Positions 38,474-52,408 of a stretch of DNA of 64,000 nt are shown here, piece by piece. The notes under the pieces were generated by a model. The model made no database searches. It was not told where the DNA came from and saw only the letters and a list, made by a program, of their open reading frames with translations. Numbering within the stretch: position 1 is the first letter of the stretch; every line of letters starts with the position of its first letter. The stretch is from Octopus vulgaris (taxonomy: Eukaryota): the NCBI GenBank assembly GCA_951406725.2, contig OX597822.1:50840001-50904000 (forward strand). The letters are read 5' to 3'. The position numbers were made by a program, and so were the translations under genes.

Positions 38474-39443
38474 GTGCCGTTTCTGGAGTAGAAGTTGATT
38501 GTAAGCAAAGTTGATTGTAAGGAAAATTTGGTTGCAGAGAGAAAAAGCAGCCATAAAAACTATATTACTTTGCCTGGAGTTTAGTGGGAGCTATTATTTC
38601 CGTCGTTTGCGTGCATGTGTGTGTATGTGTGTGTCTTCTGTGTGTGAGTGTGTGTCATTGTTAGAAGGTGACGCTGTGAACGAGTAGATATAAGGATTGT
38701 CGTACATTGCCTGAAAGCGTTTCGCTGTGCTTATTCATATGCTTTGGCTTTGACAATAATCGTAAAAAATGCAATTTGGATAATAGTTTTCGACAAGGGT
38801 ACACTTCATATTTGATGGATCATCATAAAAGCTCGCAACATGGATAAGTCCATTATTTACTAAGTGTTTGAAGTTCAATTGTATTTTGTTTCCAGGTAGT
38901 CGTCTCTGAAAATCAATGTATTAACGTTATTTTTAGACCTACCACCAGGGAAACAGATCGAAGTTGACCTTAGTATACTTACATAAGCCCTTTCAGTTTG
39001 CACTACACTATAATACACTTCTACAATCCGTTGAATACACACTTCTCTTGCTCTATAAAACGACATATTACTGCCATATCTAGTTACTTATAATCCATGT
39101 CTATATTTCCCTTTCTATTTCAGTATATTTCTCGAGCAAAATCTTTTTTCCATATCAAAGAAGGTCTTGCACAGCGATACAAATTATAGTATTTGAACCT
39201 AAAATATTTTATTTCTGCATCTAAGTGGGAACGGAAGTACATTATCATTTATATATATAATATGATATTGAATCCTTTTATTTATGACTAGATATTTACA
39301 GCTGTGAATTACACGAGTGCAAACAAACACAGTTGTTCCACAGATTCACGCACGCATCAATAAACAAATAAATATACATGCATAAATCCACTCCACAACT
39401 ATATACATACTATACATACACACAAGCACATACACATACACCA

Positions 39444-39498
<55 letters not shown>

Positions 39499-39982
39499 AG
39501 TGTATGTGTGTCTGTGTCTGTGTGTGTATATATATAAATAGAGAGAGAGAGAAAGAGAGAGAGACAGATGCTTACATGCAATGAACATGAATAATTTGGG
39601 ATCCTGAAATATTATCCTGATTAATCATTTACAAAAATAATTATCGAGAAATCAAAATGTTAATTAAGTTCCATAAAGCAGACCCACGGGAAAGGTTGAA
39701 GTATTTTCAGTAGGTTTCAAATTACATATTCTTTCTAAATACTTATACGGCCTTCTGCAGCCGCTGCCAGCATGCAATCTGTGGAATTTTATGTGGGTTG
39801 ACAGCAACCACAGAGCTCTTCGGGTCTTATTTCTAGCAGTAGATATTTTAACACCTGCAATCATATTTAATGACATTTATTGCCTTCATTTTTGCTGAAA
39901 CTGCTATGTGTGCGCGCGCGTGAATGTGTGTGTGTGTGTGTGTGTGTGTTTGTGTGCTTTTGTGTGTGTGTGATTATTCAGC

Positions 39983-40332
39983 AGTATCAGCGCCAAACAG
40001 TGTTTAGGCATAAGCGAAATTTGTGTGAGTTAAATATCTTTGTGTGACATTTTAACTTCTAAACGCAAATTCACTTCAGTTACCGTGGAGAAAAACATTC
40101 TGTCTTCTAGTAAAAAGTGTCACGAGATGTATCTTTCGACATGACTAAAGCAAAAGCTTTAACTAAAACACAGTTAATAACATTGATTGAGTTGTGATAT
40201 TGAACTGCAAGTAGTATTAGCGCCAGGCAGTTTAGGATTAAGAGAACTTTAGGTTAGTTAAAATATATATTTGTGACATATTTCAACTTCTAAATGCAAA
40301 TTCACTGCAGTGACCGTCGAGAAAAGAATTCT
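39983..40332 (+). repeat. Diverged direct duplication, ~120-bp blocks with 230-bp period
   Basis: agtat(c/t)agcgcca...gtgacat...aacttctaaa.gcaaattcact.cagt.accgt.gagaaaa at 39983 and 40213. Confidence 0.8.
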
Positions 40333-41793
40333 TTATTATGGTACCAGGTGTAAAATTACAATATCTGCCCTGCTCTTCGCATTCTCGGCCTTCCCGACGC
40401 TGCGGTACTGATACCCATTCAATTTCTTCCCACCTGGCAGTCTAATAGCGCAACTTAGTCTATGTTGACTGTGTATTAGTTACATCTAAGGCTTTAGAAC
40501 TCTCCAGAATTACCACACTTCGTATCTTGAAATGATAAAAGCTAAATAGCTAGAATTACAGCATCTGGAAATCAGACAGGGGCCAACACTGGGACGATAT
40601 GGATTATTTTACGTTATCATCAGAGAAAATCTTTCTTCATGGTAACTTCAGTGAATTTCCATTGAGAAGGTGAAATAATCCACAAACATATTTTAACTAA
40701 AGTTAAGTTCACACCCACTCATACACCCATACACACACACTCGCACGCGAACACACACGCACGCACACGCACACTATTGGTTAGGGTCTTGTTATAGTAG
40801 GGGGCAACTATGACGAAAATTTCTTTGAGAGAAGAGAGCTTAGACACTCTCTTGATAATATTAGCTATAAGATTTTTAAATACTACAGGAGGGTGAAAAG
40901 ACTGCTTATGTATATATGTGAGTCTCTCATTAGGTTTATGGTAAGTTTTATACGAGGTGGAGTTCAGATCTAGGGAAACATTTAAATAATCAAAACTATA
41001 CAGACATTAGTAGTTATTGTGATTTTAAATCCTAATCGATTAAAGGTTGAAATTAGCTCTTCCTAACTCTATAACGGGTGTGACCATTACGCGTCTCATC
41101 TAAGCATTCAACGAAAGAGAAATATAGACAAATTTGTTGCTGAAAATCCACCTAGTACTTGTTCAAAATAAATTTATTTACATATATATCAAACTAGTTC
41201 CAATTTCTTTTTTTGCTTATGAATGGTAAAATTTAGAATTATGCATTAGAAAAACAACTTTAAAAGTTTCAATGTTGATAAGTTTAAATGTTCATAACAG
41301 AAAAATTTAGAATTATGAATTTAAAAAATATGTTTAAAAATTACGTTTAAAAATTATGTTTAAAAAACAGTCAATAGCATTAAAACTGTGCATCAATTTG
41401 TTTGAATATACATTAGTATTAGTAGTGATCAACAAGAACTGAATATCACAAACGTTTCAGTCACACTTAGTTAAGAGGAGAAAAAACAAGGGAGAAATGA
41501 AGATAGAAAAAGGTGGTTTCGGGTTACAATTTCTCTGATCCTGTTTCCGACCTGTAGGATCTTTCGTTTGTAACAGTGTGTTTTGGAATCCGGTGTAGTT
41601 ATAATTATTTTTTCTTCCGCGAGCGGATCTGATTTTGGATTCTTTAAAGTACTGGTGATGTCTTGTTTTCCAGCGATCAAGTTTGTATTTCTGCCTCATT
41701 GGCTTCCCTGTGGGGAACGGTCATGAGTCGTTCCGGTTTGTTGATTCACTTAAATGTCCATTGTGTTGTATTTCTGAAGTTCGGTTTTGATTG

Positions 41794-41880
<87 letters not shown>

Positions 41881-41971
41881 CATATATATATATATATATA
41901 ATATTAATTAAGGATAGAAATTGATATTAGTCAATTAAAACCAGTGGTCTAGCTTATTAAAAAGAATCCAA

Positions 41972-42221
41972 ATTAAGGACTGGACACGAAAAGTGGACAG
42001 TCAACATGCTAGATATAGACGTCAAATCGCCATCCTCCACAAAGAGTATGTTCTCAAATAAACCTCAGCACAAAACCAAAGCATTAAACAGGAGAAAGGA
42101 AAATATAATGCTTTGGGTTTGTGCTGAGTTTTATTTGAGAACATACTCTTTCTGGAGAATGGTGATTTGACGTCTATATCTAGCATGTTGACTGTCCACT
42201 TTTCGTGTCCAGTCCTTAATT
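41972..42221. repeat. Inverted repeat, ~115-bp arms and ~19-bp spacer, within (TA)n
   Basis: aattaaggactggacacgaaaagtggacag... / ...ctgtccacttttcgtgtccagtccttaatt. Confidence 0.92.
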
Positions 42222-42273
<52 letters not shown>

Positions 42274-42300
42274 AACACACAAACATACATGCTCGCACTA

Positions 42301-42366
<66 letters not shown>

Positions 42367-43505
42367 TTTATGTATGTATATATATTTATACATACCTTTA
42401 GCAGTTTGTGTTGCAAGTGGAACAAGAACACACACGAAAACGGGAAGTCTCGGAGAAGAGGTTACAGATATGTGACTAAAGATTATCGGACATTGGACGT
42501 GAGTTAAAATAAAAAGAATATAAGAACAGTAATAAACGAGTGAAGAGCAAATATATAGTTCGTGTGTTTATTTGGCAAAAACAATTGACCAACCAGAAAT
42601 ACAACAATATATATAAGTATATATATAAATTCATATATATGCATACATAAATACATTTATGTACCTGTGAGTGTGTGTGCGTGTGTGTGTGCGTGTGTGT
42701 GTGCGAGTGCGTATGTTAGTGTGTTCGTGTATATATTAGTGTGTGTGTGTGTCTGTTTCTGTGTGCGTATGTGCGTGTCTGTGTATCTGTGTGTGTGTGT
42801 GTGTGTGTGCGTGCGTGTGTGTGTTCGTGAGTGTGTGTTTGTGTGTGAGTGTGCGCGCGCGCGCGTACGTGCGTGTATGCAATTCCTGAACATCAAATTC
42901 TGATTTTGATCATCCATATATAGCATTCCAAATGGGAATTTAGTTTAGAATGCGTTCTGGAATACATATATGTACACACACACACACACACACACACACA
43001 CCAATTTCTCTTTAGGAAAGCGTACTTTTCGTTTTTATTTCTCTTCTCCTTCATTTCTTTTCTCTTCTTTCCTCTCTTTTGACTTCTTTTTCAGCGTGCA
43101 GTTAGGCGCTTTGTGACATTTTGTGAATGGCCTAAGATATCATCGGTTAATAGGATTGAATTGCTATCGTTATTTTATTTATTCATTGCTTCATATATAC
43201 ATACATATACACACACACAGAGATATACATACATATATATACACTATTTTCTTTCGTATATACAAAGTATCTTTATTTATCTGCTTGCAATTATATTCAA
43301 ACATCCAGCCATGGAAATGCTTCCGTTTTCCTTTCTTTTTCTGAACATTCCTTTTAACTGTATCGTTCTTTGTCGACAAGATTTCGCTTGACAATCGCAC
43401 GAGCGTATGTATGTTTGTAAGTATACATGTATATATAAATAAATATATATACATGTGAGTATGTGTCTGAGTTTGTGTGCCTGTGTGTGCGTGTGTCTGT
43501 GTGTT

Positions 43506-43560
<55 letters not shown>

Positions 43561-44001
43561 TGACAATCCTTGAACAGACACATTCATTTCATGTTGATTC
43601 AACAGAAGCATTTTATCAGCGTGCGTATTACATTAAAATATCAATACTCATATATGGGTACACACAGACATACACACTCACACAAACATATATAGATGCA
43701 TAGAGATATATGTATATATATATAATTAATAAATATACACACACATACACACATATATATATATATATATATAAATTCTCGCCATCCACAATGATGTACA
43801 AAAGACAATCACGTGGCATTAAATGAAGTGCAGTTGGATAGATTAAAAATATTTTTACTGTATGAAGAGAGTGGTTCACCTTTTAGATAAAAATATAAAT
43901 TAATCTTCAAATCAGTATGGAGTTCACTCTTGCATAATATTTATAAGGTGTGTATATAAGTAAACGCGTGTATGTAGAGCGTATGTATGAATGTATCTAT
44001 C

Positions 44002-44071
<70 letters not shown>

Positions 44072-44430
44072 TGCATACCTCCCTCTATGCAGTATTTTAT
44101 TGTTTTGCTCTAATAGCACTTGTGTTCATGTAGAATAATTTCATAGAAACGCACACATGCACATATACACACACACACGCTCATACATGCACCAACACAT
44201 GCATACATACACAAACACAGAGACACGCACATACCCACATACATATGTATACCACAAGAAATTAATAGACGTTTTATCTATGATGATACTTTTATGACTG
44301 GTTCTAAATATGTGCTTTTACAAATCTAACAGAATCTGTTCCATATTTAGATGAGTTGGTGTGCACCTATATTGCTTTTGTATCTGCGTGGCTGCTGAAT
44401 CGACACGGCAGATATAGGTAAATATGTTTC

Positions 44431-45335
44431 TATAATAATATAAATAATATATAAATATGTGCATATATACATACATATATGTACATACCTACATATATCT
44501 GTATATATACATGCATATATGGGTACAAGACATCAAAAGAAAGAAAAATGTTGAACACACTGAGAAATGAAAACATAAAAACAAAAACATAGAAAACGAA
44601 CTTCTTTCTAACAACGAAAAAAAAACCCAAACAAACAGAGAAAGGAGACATGCAACATTAAGAATAGCCCCCTTCACCAGTTGTCCCTACTCCGCATTTG
44701 GAAAGCAAGGACAAAACGCGACTTTGTTGAAATAGTCCTTCCCTTAAAGCAAATTAAATAAAATTTGTGATTTTTTTTCGCGGAGGGTTAAATTGTTAAC
44801 AAGAACAATACAGTAAAAACAAACGGTGAGAGCTGTTAAGCTAAGGCGATAGAAAAATTATTATGAACGCTAGGAAAGCGAGCTTATTAGAGGAGACAGG
44901 TATAAGCACTTGTTGCCTTTTGGAAGGAAATGAGCAGAAAGATTGATTCTCTTTCATCACGTGTCATCGACGACAGAGTCAAGGAGGAAGAGGGAGAGAG
45001 AGGGAACGATGAAGAGGAGAGAAGAAGGACAGGGAAGGGTGGGAGAGAAAAACCAGAAAGGATGAAGAACAAGAGAGGGAGATAGATAGACAGAGAAGAG
45101 ATAATAGCGATAGAGAGTAGTAGAGATAGTTTAAGAAGGAGAGAGGGAGAGAGAAAAGGCAGAGAAGAGATAGTAGAGATAGAAAAGTGCGCATCGTAAT
45201 TATTAAGACAAATTTACTTGGAAAAGGATGCGCGGCGTTCGATCATATAATAATATAAATAATATATAAATATATGCATATATACATACATATATGTACA
45301 TACATACATATATATGTATATATACATGCATATAT
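44431..45335 (-). mobile_element. Non-coding ~815-bp-unit element with terminal redundancy; relative of 60.5-61.8 kb
   Basis: ~90-bp direct repeat at 44431 and 45246; minus strand ttattatatgatcgaac...ccaagtaa...aataattacgatgcgcact aligns with 61040-61112. Confidence 0.75.
44668..44720 (-). ncRNA. Decayed non-circularly permuted hammerhead-like motif
   Basis: cgcGTT-ttgtcctt-g-ctttc-CAAA tgcg-gagt-agggacaa-CTGGTGA-agggg; two core substitutions. Confidence 0.45.
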
Positions 45336-46209
45336 GAGTACTCTCCCATCCTTCCCTATTCCAAGTAAATATTTTTCTCTGCGTCTTGACAAAAATTGTT
45401 TACTTTGAAACCAATTGATTTGAATGTTCAAGTGTTTTGATTCTCTATATGAGGGTTTTTTCAGGTTCTCATTATCGTCTTTGCACGTGTGGGAATATTT
45501 TTCTATTATTAAGCGTGTATTTTTTAGTATTTGCCTATACACGTTTACATGCACCGATGTCTATATTTGTTTCAACTGCTTCAAGTATGTGCTTATATAT
45601 ATTTCATGGAAAATTGCGAGCAAGAGAAATGATGTTCTTAAGATTATAATAAACCTGGAAATGTACAGACAAGTTATTACACCTGGAAAAGTTCACGAAT
45701 ATGAATTTCTAAATATTTTTGTTTTTCATTTCTATGATTGAATTATTATTCTTATTAAATTAAAATAAAAATTTCTAATCTAAGAAATAAGAATAAGATT
45801 AGTAATTCCACGGTTTGTGTTGTATTAATTAAGCTTAGTTAAATATATTTAGCTTATAAAATAAAATAAATAGTTAATTATACTTAAATCCAAGTTTTTG
45901 CCTTGCTTATATTTTTTCATGTTATCTTACCTCACAATATATTTTAATACAAATTTATGTTGCGTGTGACCAAAAATATGAAATTTTTCATGCTTTTTTT
46001 CTATATTACAGTCCTATTGAATCCAGGGTTTTATTTAAATAAACTCTATTTACAAATTCTATACTTGGAATGACCAATTTTATATACTATTGGATTTTAC
46101 TCACAAGGTATTAGAATCTTATATATATACCATTCTGCCTAAATAATGGATCTGCAAATGCAATATCCCTGCATATTTCACATCTATTTTCATTCCTCCA
46201 CTTCCCTCT

Positions 46210-46395
46210 CTATTGGCATGCCGGGAGAAATTCATAACGGTATTTCGTCTGTCGTTACGTTCTGAGTTCAAATTCCATCGAGGTCGACATTGCTTTTCAA
46301 TCCATTTGGGGTTGATAAAAAAGTACCAGTTGAGGTCGATATAATCGAGTATTCCTCTCCGCAAAAAATATTTCAGACATTGTGACTATAATAGA
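46210..46395 (+). mobile_element. Meta-domain SINE
   Basis: cggtatttcgtctgtcgttacgttctgagttcaaattccatcgaggtcgacattgcttttcaatccatttggggttgataaa. Confidence 0.75.
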
Positions 46396-47339
46396 AAAAT
46401 CATTATAGAAGTAATTTGAATCAGAGGTAATTAGTTATAAAATTAAACTCCTGTAGAATATATGTCATTCACATCAGTAACACGTAGTAAATTTTTCTTT
46501 TAAAGAAACATCAGAATTATTTTCTTTAAAGCATCATTACATAACAAAATATTTTCTATTTGCTGTTAGAAAAAATTTCAAAAAATTCAAGCGAATGAAG
46601 AAATTGAGTGAAAAATGTAGAAATGTTTCTCCAGGTTTTTTTAAAGAAACTTTTAGGGGTTATGATTGCCAATGTTACTTCAGTTGCTTTTTTGGGGGTT
46701 TTTTCAGATATATGAATTTGTGATATCAAATGTTTAATGTGTAAACTTGCTGACAATTTGTCTTTTCACTGGAATTAGAATAGCTTCTTGAGTAATTTAT
46801 TTTAAACTTTGAAGCAAAAATAAGAAATATTGCAATATTTTAAGTTTTTTGTCTTATTCTTCTAAGAACATTTTAGGAAACTGCGCTCGCAGTTTTGATA
46901 CTAGCATAACCATTTGTGTACCGCTACCTGAAATAATGTCAGCTTCCGCACCTCCACACTCTATTGTGATCACACTGGAACTTTTGCTAAATGGGTAGAT
47001 TCCTCTTATTCCGAGTACTAGAGGTCCCATGATTTAATACAGCTATACAAGCAACCACAGTCTCGACTAGAAAACACACAAACACACACACACACACATA
47101 TCCATGTGTGTGTGTGAAAGAGAAAAAGAGAGAGACAGAAAAAAGAAAGAGAGAGAGAAAGTGTGAGAATGCACCGTGTTGTGCGGGTTACTAATACGTC
47201 ACTAATTTTCACAACGTAGTCAGCCGTATTCCATTTGAAGATAACCACGTCTTTAGCAATACGCTGTCTCTCATTCTCCTATCTAAGTATCTACCTCTCT
47301 CTCTCTCTCTCTCTTTTTGTGTTTCTCTCCCGCTATATG

Positions 47340-47406
<67 letters not shown>

Positions 47407-48489
47407 ATATACATAGAATGGGAAAGAGAGAGAATTGTATTTATAGATAAAGAATCTTACAATCTTACAATTATTTTTTGTATATATTCTTAAATTCACG
47501 CTAAAGCAAGCAAGTGAATGCAATTCTTAACACATGCTATAAATCTACACTGTGTATCAACGCTCTATAATATTAAGCTTTTATTGATTTTCTACATCAC
47601 AATGGATATCACTAGCGGGATTGCTGTTGTGTGAATTAGATTGTTTTACTGCCATACATTTATTTGAGGGGATGATGACATTTGTAGGTCAACATACCTG
47701 TGAGTTCTGTTTACTCGCGATAACACCTTAATTGTCCGCATTTACTATCCATTTCTTTATATAAACACCCATTATATTTACGAAGACCCTGTTCTGCTGT
47801 AGCGTAGCCGTTAATCTCTCTACTCTTATTTTTTTCAACTTCTTATCCTTTCTTTCATATTTGAATTGTATTTGTTTAGCGTTCGTTCGATTAATGATCT
47901 TTGTGACGTGTAAATCCTTCATTGTACTGAATTGAATTTTTGCTCTATATAACCTTTGTCATCTGTTCTTTTTCTGCAATCGATACATTATACTCACAGT
48001 GATCTGCCCTCTTCTACATTAATTACAAACTGTCAGTCAACACCAGTTAAATGAATAATCCCAGATGTACAGCTCTGAAAACCGATTAAATGTTGCCGTA
48101 CTATTTACATAAGTTGACTGCTGGTTACATTTGTCGATTGGGACATGTCTGAGAATAAAATCAATTATAGATTGCTATAATTTACAATTCATTTGTTTAT
48201 CAAAGTTTGACGTAATTTCCGACGGAATTAGGCAGATCTTGAAATAACAGACACGTCCATTTCCATGCTGATGTTGAGAGGTCAATTTGAAAATACTAAA
48301 CAGGTTACAAACAATCTGAGTTTAGGGGCGCAGAAATATATCATTTTTTCCGGAATCATTTCAGGTTTCAGAAAAAAACTTCATGAGAACTATATTATAT
48401 TTAAGTTTAAAATATTGTTAAAATAAATTATTAATTCTATTAACGATTTACTTCATGGCAGGTCTTTGAGAACATTGTCACTTTCACAT

Positions 48490-50870
48490 ACTCGAAACCC
48501 GATCCTATGAAACTCAAAAGTATTAGTAGAAAATGCTTCCACGAGAGAAAACTCACTAAAAATATCTACCAATTCAAATACCATCTGCATTCAAATCACC
48601 AACAGCATCCGCATTCAACAGCAGTAAGAAAGCTTGAGTTGGAAAAACATCATCTGCAGATCGTGATGAAAATCTACAGTGACACACAGATTTGTAGAAG
48701 GGAAACCGAGTAATTAAAGGAAAAAGAATTCAACAGAACCCGTAAGTGTTCTATACATACGCTAATAAGTATAGAACCGCTGCCTCTCCCGTTGCTCCAT
48801 TAGTTGATAATAGCAGTATTCCCCAACACAATGCTGAAGAAATTACGGAAATACTGCAGGAAAATATTGCCATGTCATTAGTGATCCTACAGATATTGAT
48901 GGAAGGGATGTGAACGGAAAAATCACTGATATAGCTAAATCCTTTAAAGTCGGGCTATATACCAAAATAGTTCTTATCCCAATCCATCATCCCGGTTTTC
49001 AAACAGGAAAGCAGGTTTCTTGCAGTTAAGTATAGCCCAATATCACTCACTTCTCGTATAATCGAAGTTTTTGAAAGTATTACCAGACCAACCATAAGCG
49101 ACTTCCTGAAGAACAACAATCTTATAACTTCCAGCCAGCATGGCTTTCGCTGCGGCATAGACGCCTAACCCAGCTTTATATTATATCTATGTTGCTTTAA
49201 AAGCTTTCGGATAAAGTTCGAACTGTGATGTCAATATATATCTTGACTTCAGAAAAGCGTTCCATATTGTCGACTGCGACATCCTGCTGCTAAAATTGTC
49301 CAATATTGGAATCCATGATAAATTGATACTATTACCTGGTGAATAGAATATATACTATTACCTGGTGAATAGAACAAACGTTGTGATTGGTAAATCTCAG
49401 TAAAATCACCAGTAAATACCCCACCGAGGACTGCTTATACCCTGTTCTCTTTATCTGTGTATATAAAACATTAGAGGTGTGTTTGTGTGTTTGTCGTATC
49501 GTTATAACTCGAGATCCACCCAACCGATTTTAATGAAATTTAATACATGTATTACATCGGGTCCATGGAGTGCCATGTGCCTAACCATTTTCAACCTCTT
49601 GCCTAATGTGGACCCAGGGGTAGATAAACCGCATTTTAAGCATTTTCACAGCGTTAATGCCCGTGATTTGAAGAGTATCTAGTCGCTTTTCTCCAAATTT
49701 GCAAAAAGCATTTATCAAGCTCCTCGAATTGCTGTTGACTAAAACAAATTTCCCATACCGACTATGGGCCCACATTCAAAATGCAAATTAATCAGATCTG
49801 AGTATACTGCACTGTGTTTTATCTGTTTTACGCTATTCTCCGACGAAAAAATGTTGACACTTCTTATGAATTTTAAGTAGCGTATAATATTTCACGAAAA
49901 CATTTTTTGACCAATTCGGCGGTCTGTTGATGCTTCATGTTACCATCTCGCGTACCACCGAGCCTTGTCCGTGTTTGTGCGGCTGGGTAAAGGCGCAACA
50001 AACCATTCTCTAGAAGCGTCCCGTTGATGTTTCACGTTTCCAATCCTGAACAACGCTGCATGGCCCTGCAGCATACCTGCTTTCTATGTCATCCATATCT
50101 GAACTATATAATGCAACAACTTCATACAAAAAAAACCCAGCTTTTGTGACTCACAGCCATTTGAGATTGACTGCGTGATCACTCCCGGAAGCTACGCTCG
50201 CCACCTGCAATTAGTTCTCCACTTCGTGTTCCCGTGCTCCCTCCCACATTTTGTCGGACGAGAAAATACAGGGTGTCGCAGAATTAATGATGATTCGAGT
50301 AAAATCGGATGCATTTTTATTTATGTTTCTCATGATTAATATGTGTTAACAGTGTATAAATTTAGAATTTTGTTTCTAATTTTATTTTCATTCCTGTTGG
50401 ACCCCATTTATTTGTCCATGACAGCTATTTTTACAGAATACTGCTACCCCCATTTGCCTCCCGTGACCAAAGAAAACATTAAGAGAATAGTGCTTTCCCG
50501 GAGAGCTATCACTAAAGATCTAAAAGTCATGACTGACCTCGATTATTGAGATCACATTAAAACATTAAAATTTTATTCTCTCGAACGTCGCGGCGAATGT
50601 TACATCATTTACACAATGTGGAGGGTATACAACCAGTAATGCCCAAGCGACCTTAATATCAGATTTATAATTCAACCAAGGCTCGAGCTACATGCAATTC
50701 AATCTCACAACGAACAAATCCACAGCAATAGTTTCTTTTCCTCAATAGGCCCTGCCCTATTCAACATTATGTAAAAACAAATCAAACGAAAGAGCCATGC
50801 TACCATGGAACGGGATTGAAAATTACTTAACATATCCTATCTTGTGATGTAATTAAGTTAGACATGGCCT
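48490..50870 (+). mobile_element. Old, fragmented CR1-group LINE related to 5957-7386, interrupted by an insertion
   Basis: YSPISLTSRIIEVFE..SQHGFR, YLDFRKAF, LKFYSLERR remnants; 3'UTR attaagttagacatggcct identical to 7322-7340. Confidence 0.8.
49454..50350 (+). mobile_element. Insertion with a Helitron-like 5' end (3' end not identified), possibly composite
   Basis: A|TCTGTGTATATAAAA..gtgtgtttgtgtgtttgt..accgattttaatgaaattt, typical of animal non-autonomous Helitron 5' ends; interrupts the LINE RT. Confidence 0.45.
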
Positions 50871-52345
50871 AATATAGTTTTGGCTGTAACATATCTAAAT
50901 TAATTATATGGAAACAAATGGAAAAAAATTGTTTCGATCCTCTTTAATGTGCTCTATAAGTTGTTGGTTCAAAAGATGTGAATAAAGTGCAGCTATCGAT
51001 TATTGATCTATTTGAAGTAAACGTAGTGGAAAGTTCACACGCTGTAGAAAAGCTGCTACAGTGACCTCACCTACTATAGGCTCATACATATGTGCATCGA
51101 CTGAAATTGGTTCGGAAAAACCGCACATACACTCACGCACGCACGCACACACACGCACATATATATATATATGGAGAAGAATTTAATAGTTGGCAAATAC
51201 TCTGACAACACTTTTTCAATTTGAGTCTTTTGAAAGAGGGTGTTTGTGTTGAGCGATTTCGAGTAAGTGCTTAACACCACTGTCCTCTCTTCAAAGTCTT
51301 TTATCCACTGTTTGGTTGGGACAATCCCCCACTACAATGCAGTGTTTCTGTCTTTATTGCTCATTTTTGGGGAAAAATTCACAAAAAACAAATGTGCACA
51401 AAGTTAAAAAAATGCAGGTAGGAAAGAAGAAGACAAGAAACAGTTCAAAAACACAGCAAACTATTCTGGCCTTTCTGGTACTCCTGGCCATCTCGGTAAT
51501 CCTTTGGGTAATCAAGTGCACAAACCAGTGACACAAGAATTTCACCAAAAAATGTTAAAAAATAAGCATAATTATAGGAGGAGGGATACAACCCCAAACA
51601 CACTTCCCACCGTTAAGTGAAACTTTGAACACAACTACAGTCAGACAATTTGCTAGGAACTCAGTGGAGATTTTTTCTTCGACAAAATAAACACGAGCAA
51701 CAAACCCCCACTGAATCCTCACCCAAAAAACAAATGTCTTACCTGGTAGTCGTGCTTCACTTGTTCAATGAATCACGACGTTGGTGTACAACGACGTGAC
51801 TCCTAGCAGTGCAAAGAAAACACTGACCAACGCATGCGCAGGAAGCAAGCTTCTTTATTTTATCAAATTATCCATATATTATTTCTTTCGACTTCTCCCT
51901 TAGCGCTTTTTCCGTTTCAGCTCCCACCTGCTCGGCCTTTTTTTCCTTTTAACGAGAACACCTTATAGGTGATCGTTTTACTCTCCAGCTGCTACATAAT
52001 TCCTTTAGGGTGCGACAACCTCACGGCCCCTCCCACCATCTGTATTCCCTTCTCATATTCCTTCACACCAGCCAAGTCCAACTCCCTTCACTTCTACTCC
52101 GTGGCATCAGCAAGATTCCTTGCCCCTCTCCAATACTCCATCTTTATGACCGCCCTTACCATCTCCTCCCCTGCTGAAGACAACTCCGTCTCGTTAAAGT
52201 TTGAGTACATTGTCTCTAACCTCATAGCAGCACATAACACATCCGACTTGCACAAAAACGACAATCCAAATGAACTCTGGGGGACGCAGGCTCGGAAGCA
52301 ATCTTCTTAGCAAACAGCAAATCCTGCGCCTATATATATATACAT

Positions 52346-52408
<63 letters not shown>

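Noticed and set aside
49327-49373. Short tandem duplications (also 8620-8665, 63682-63737, 1033-1140)
   Set aside because: Ordinary local slippage duplications with no further structure
51969-52310. 113-aa ORF with faint resemblance to a Ty3/gypsy gag N-terminus (KFEYIVSNL)
   Set aside because: Similarity too weak; no LTRs or pol found
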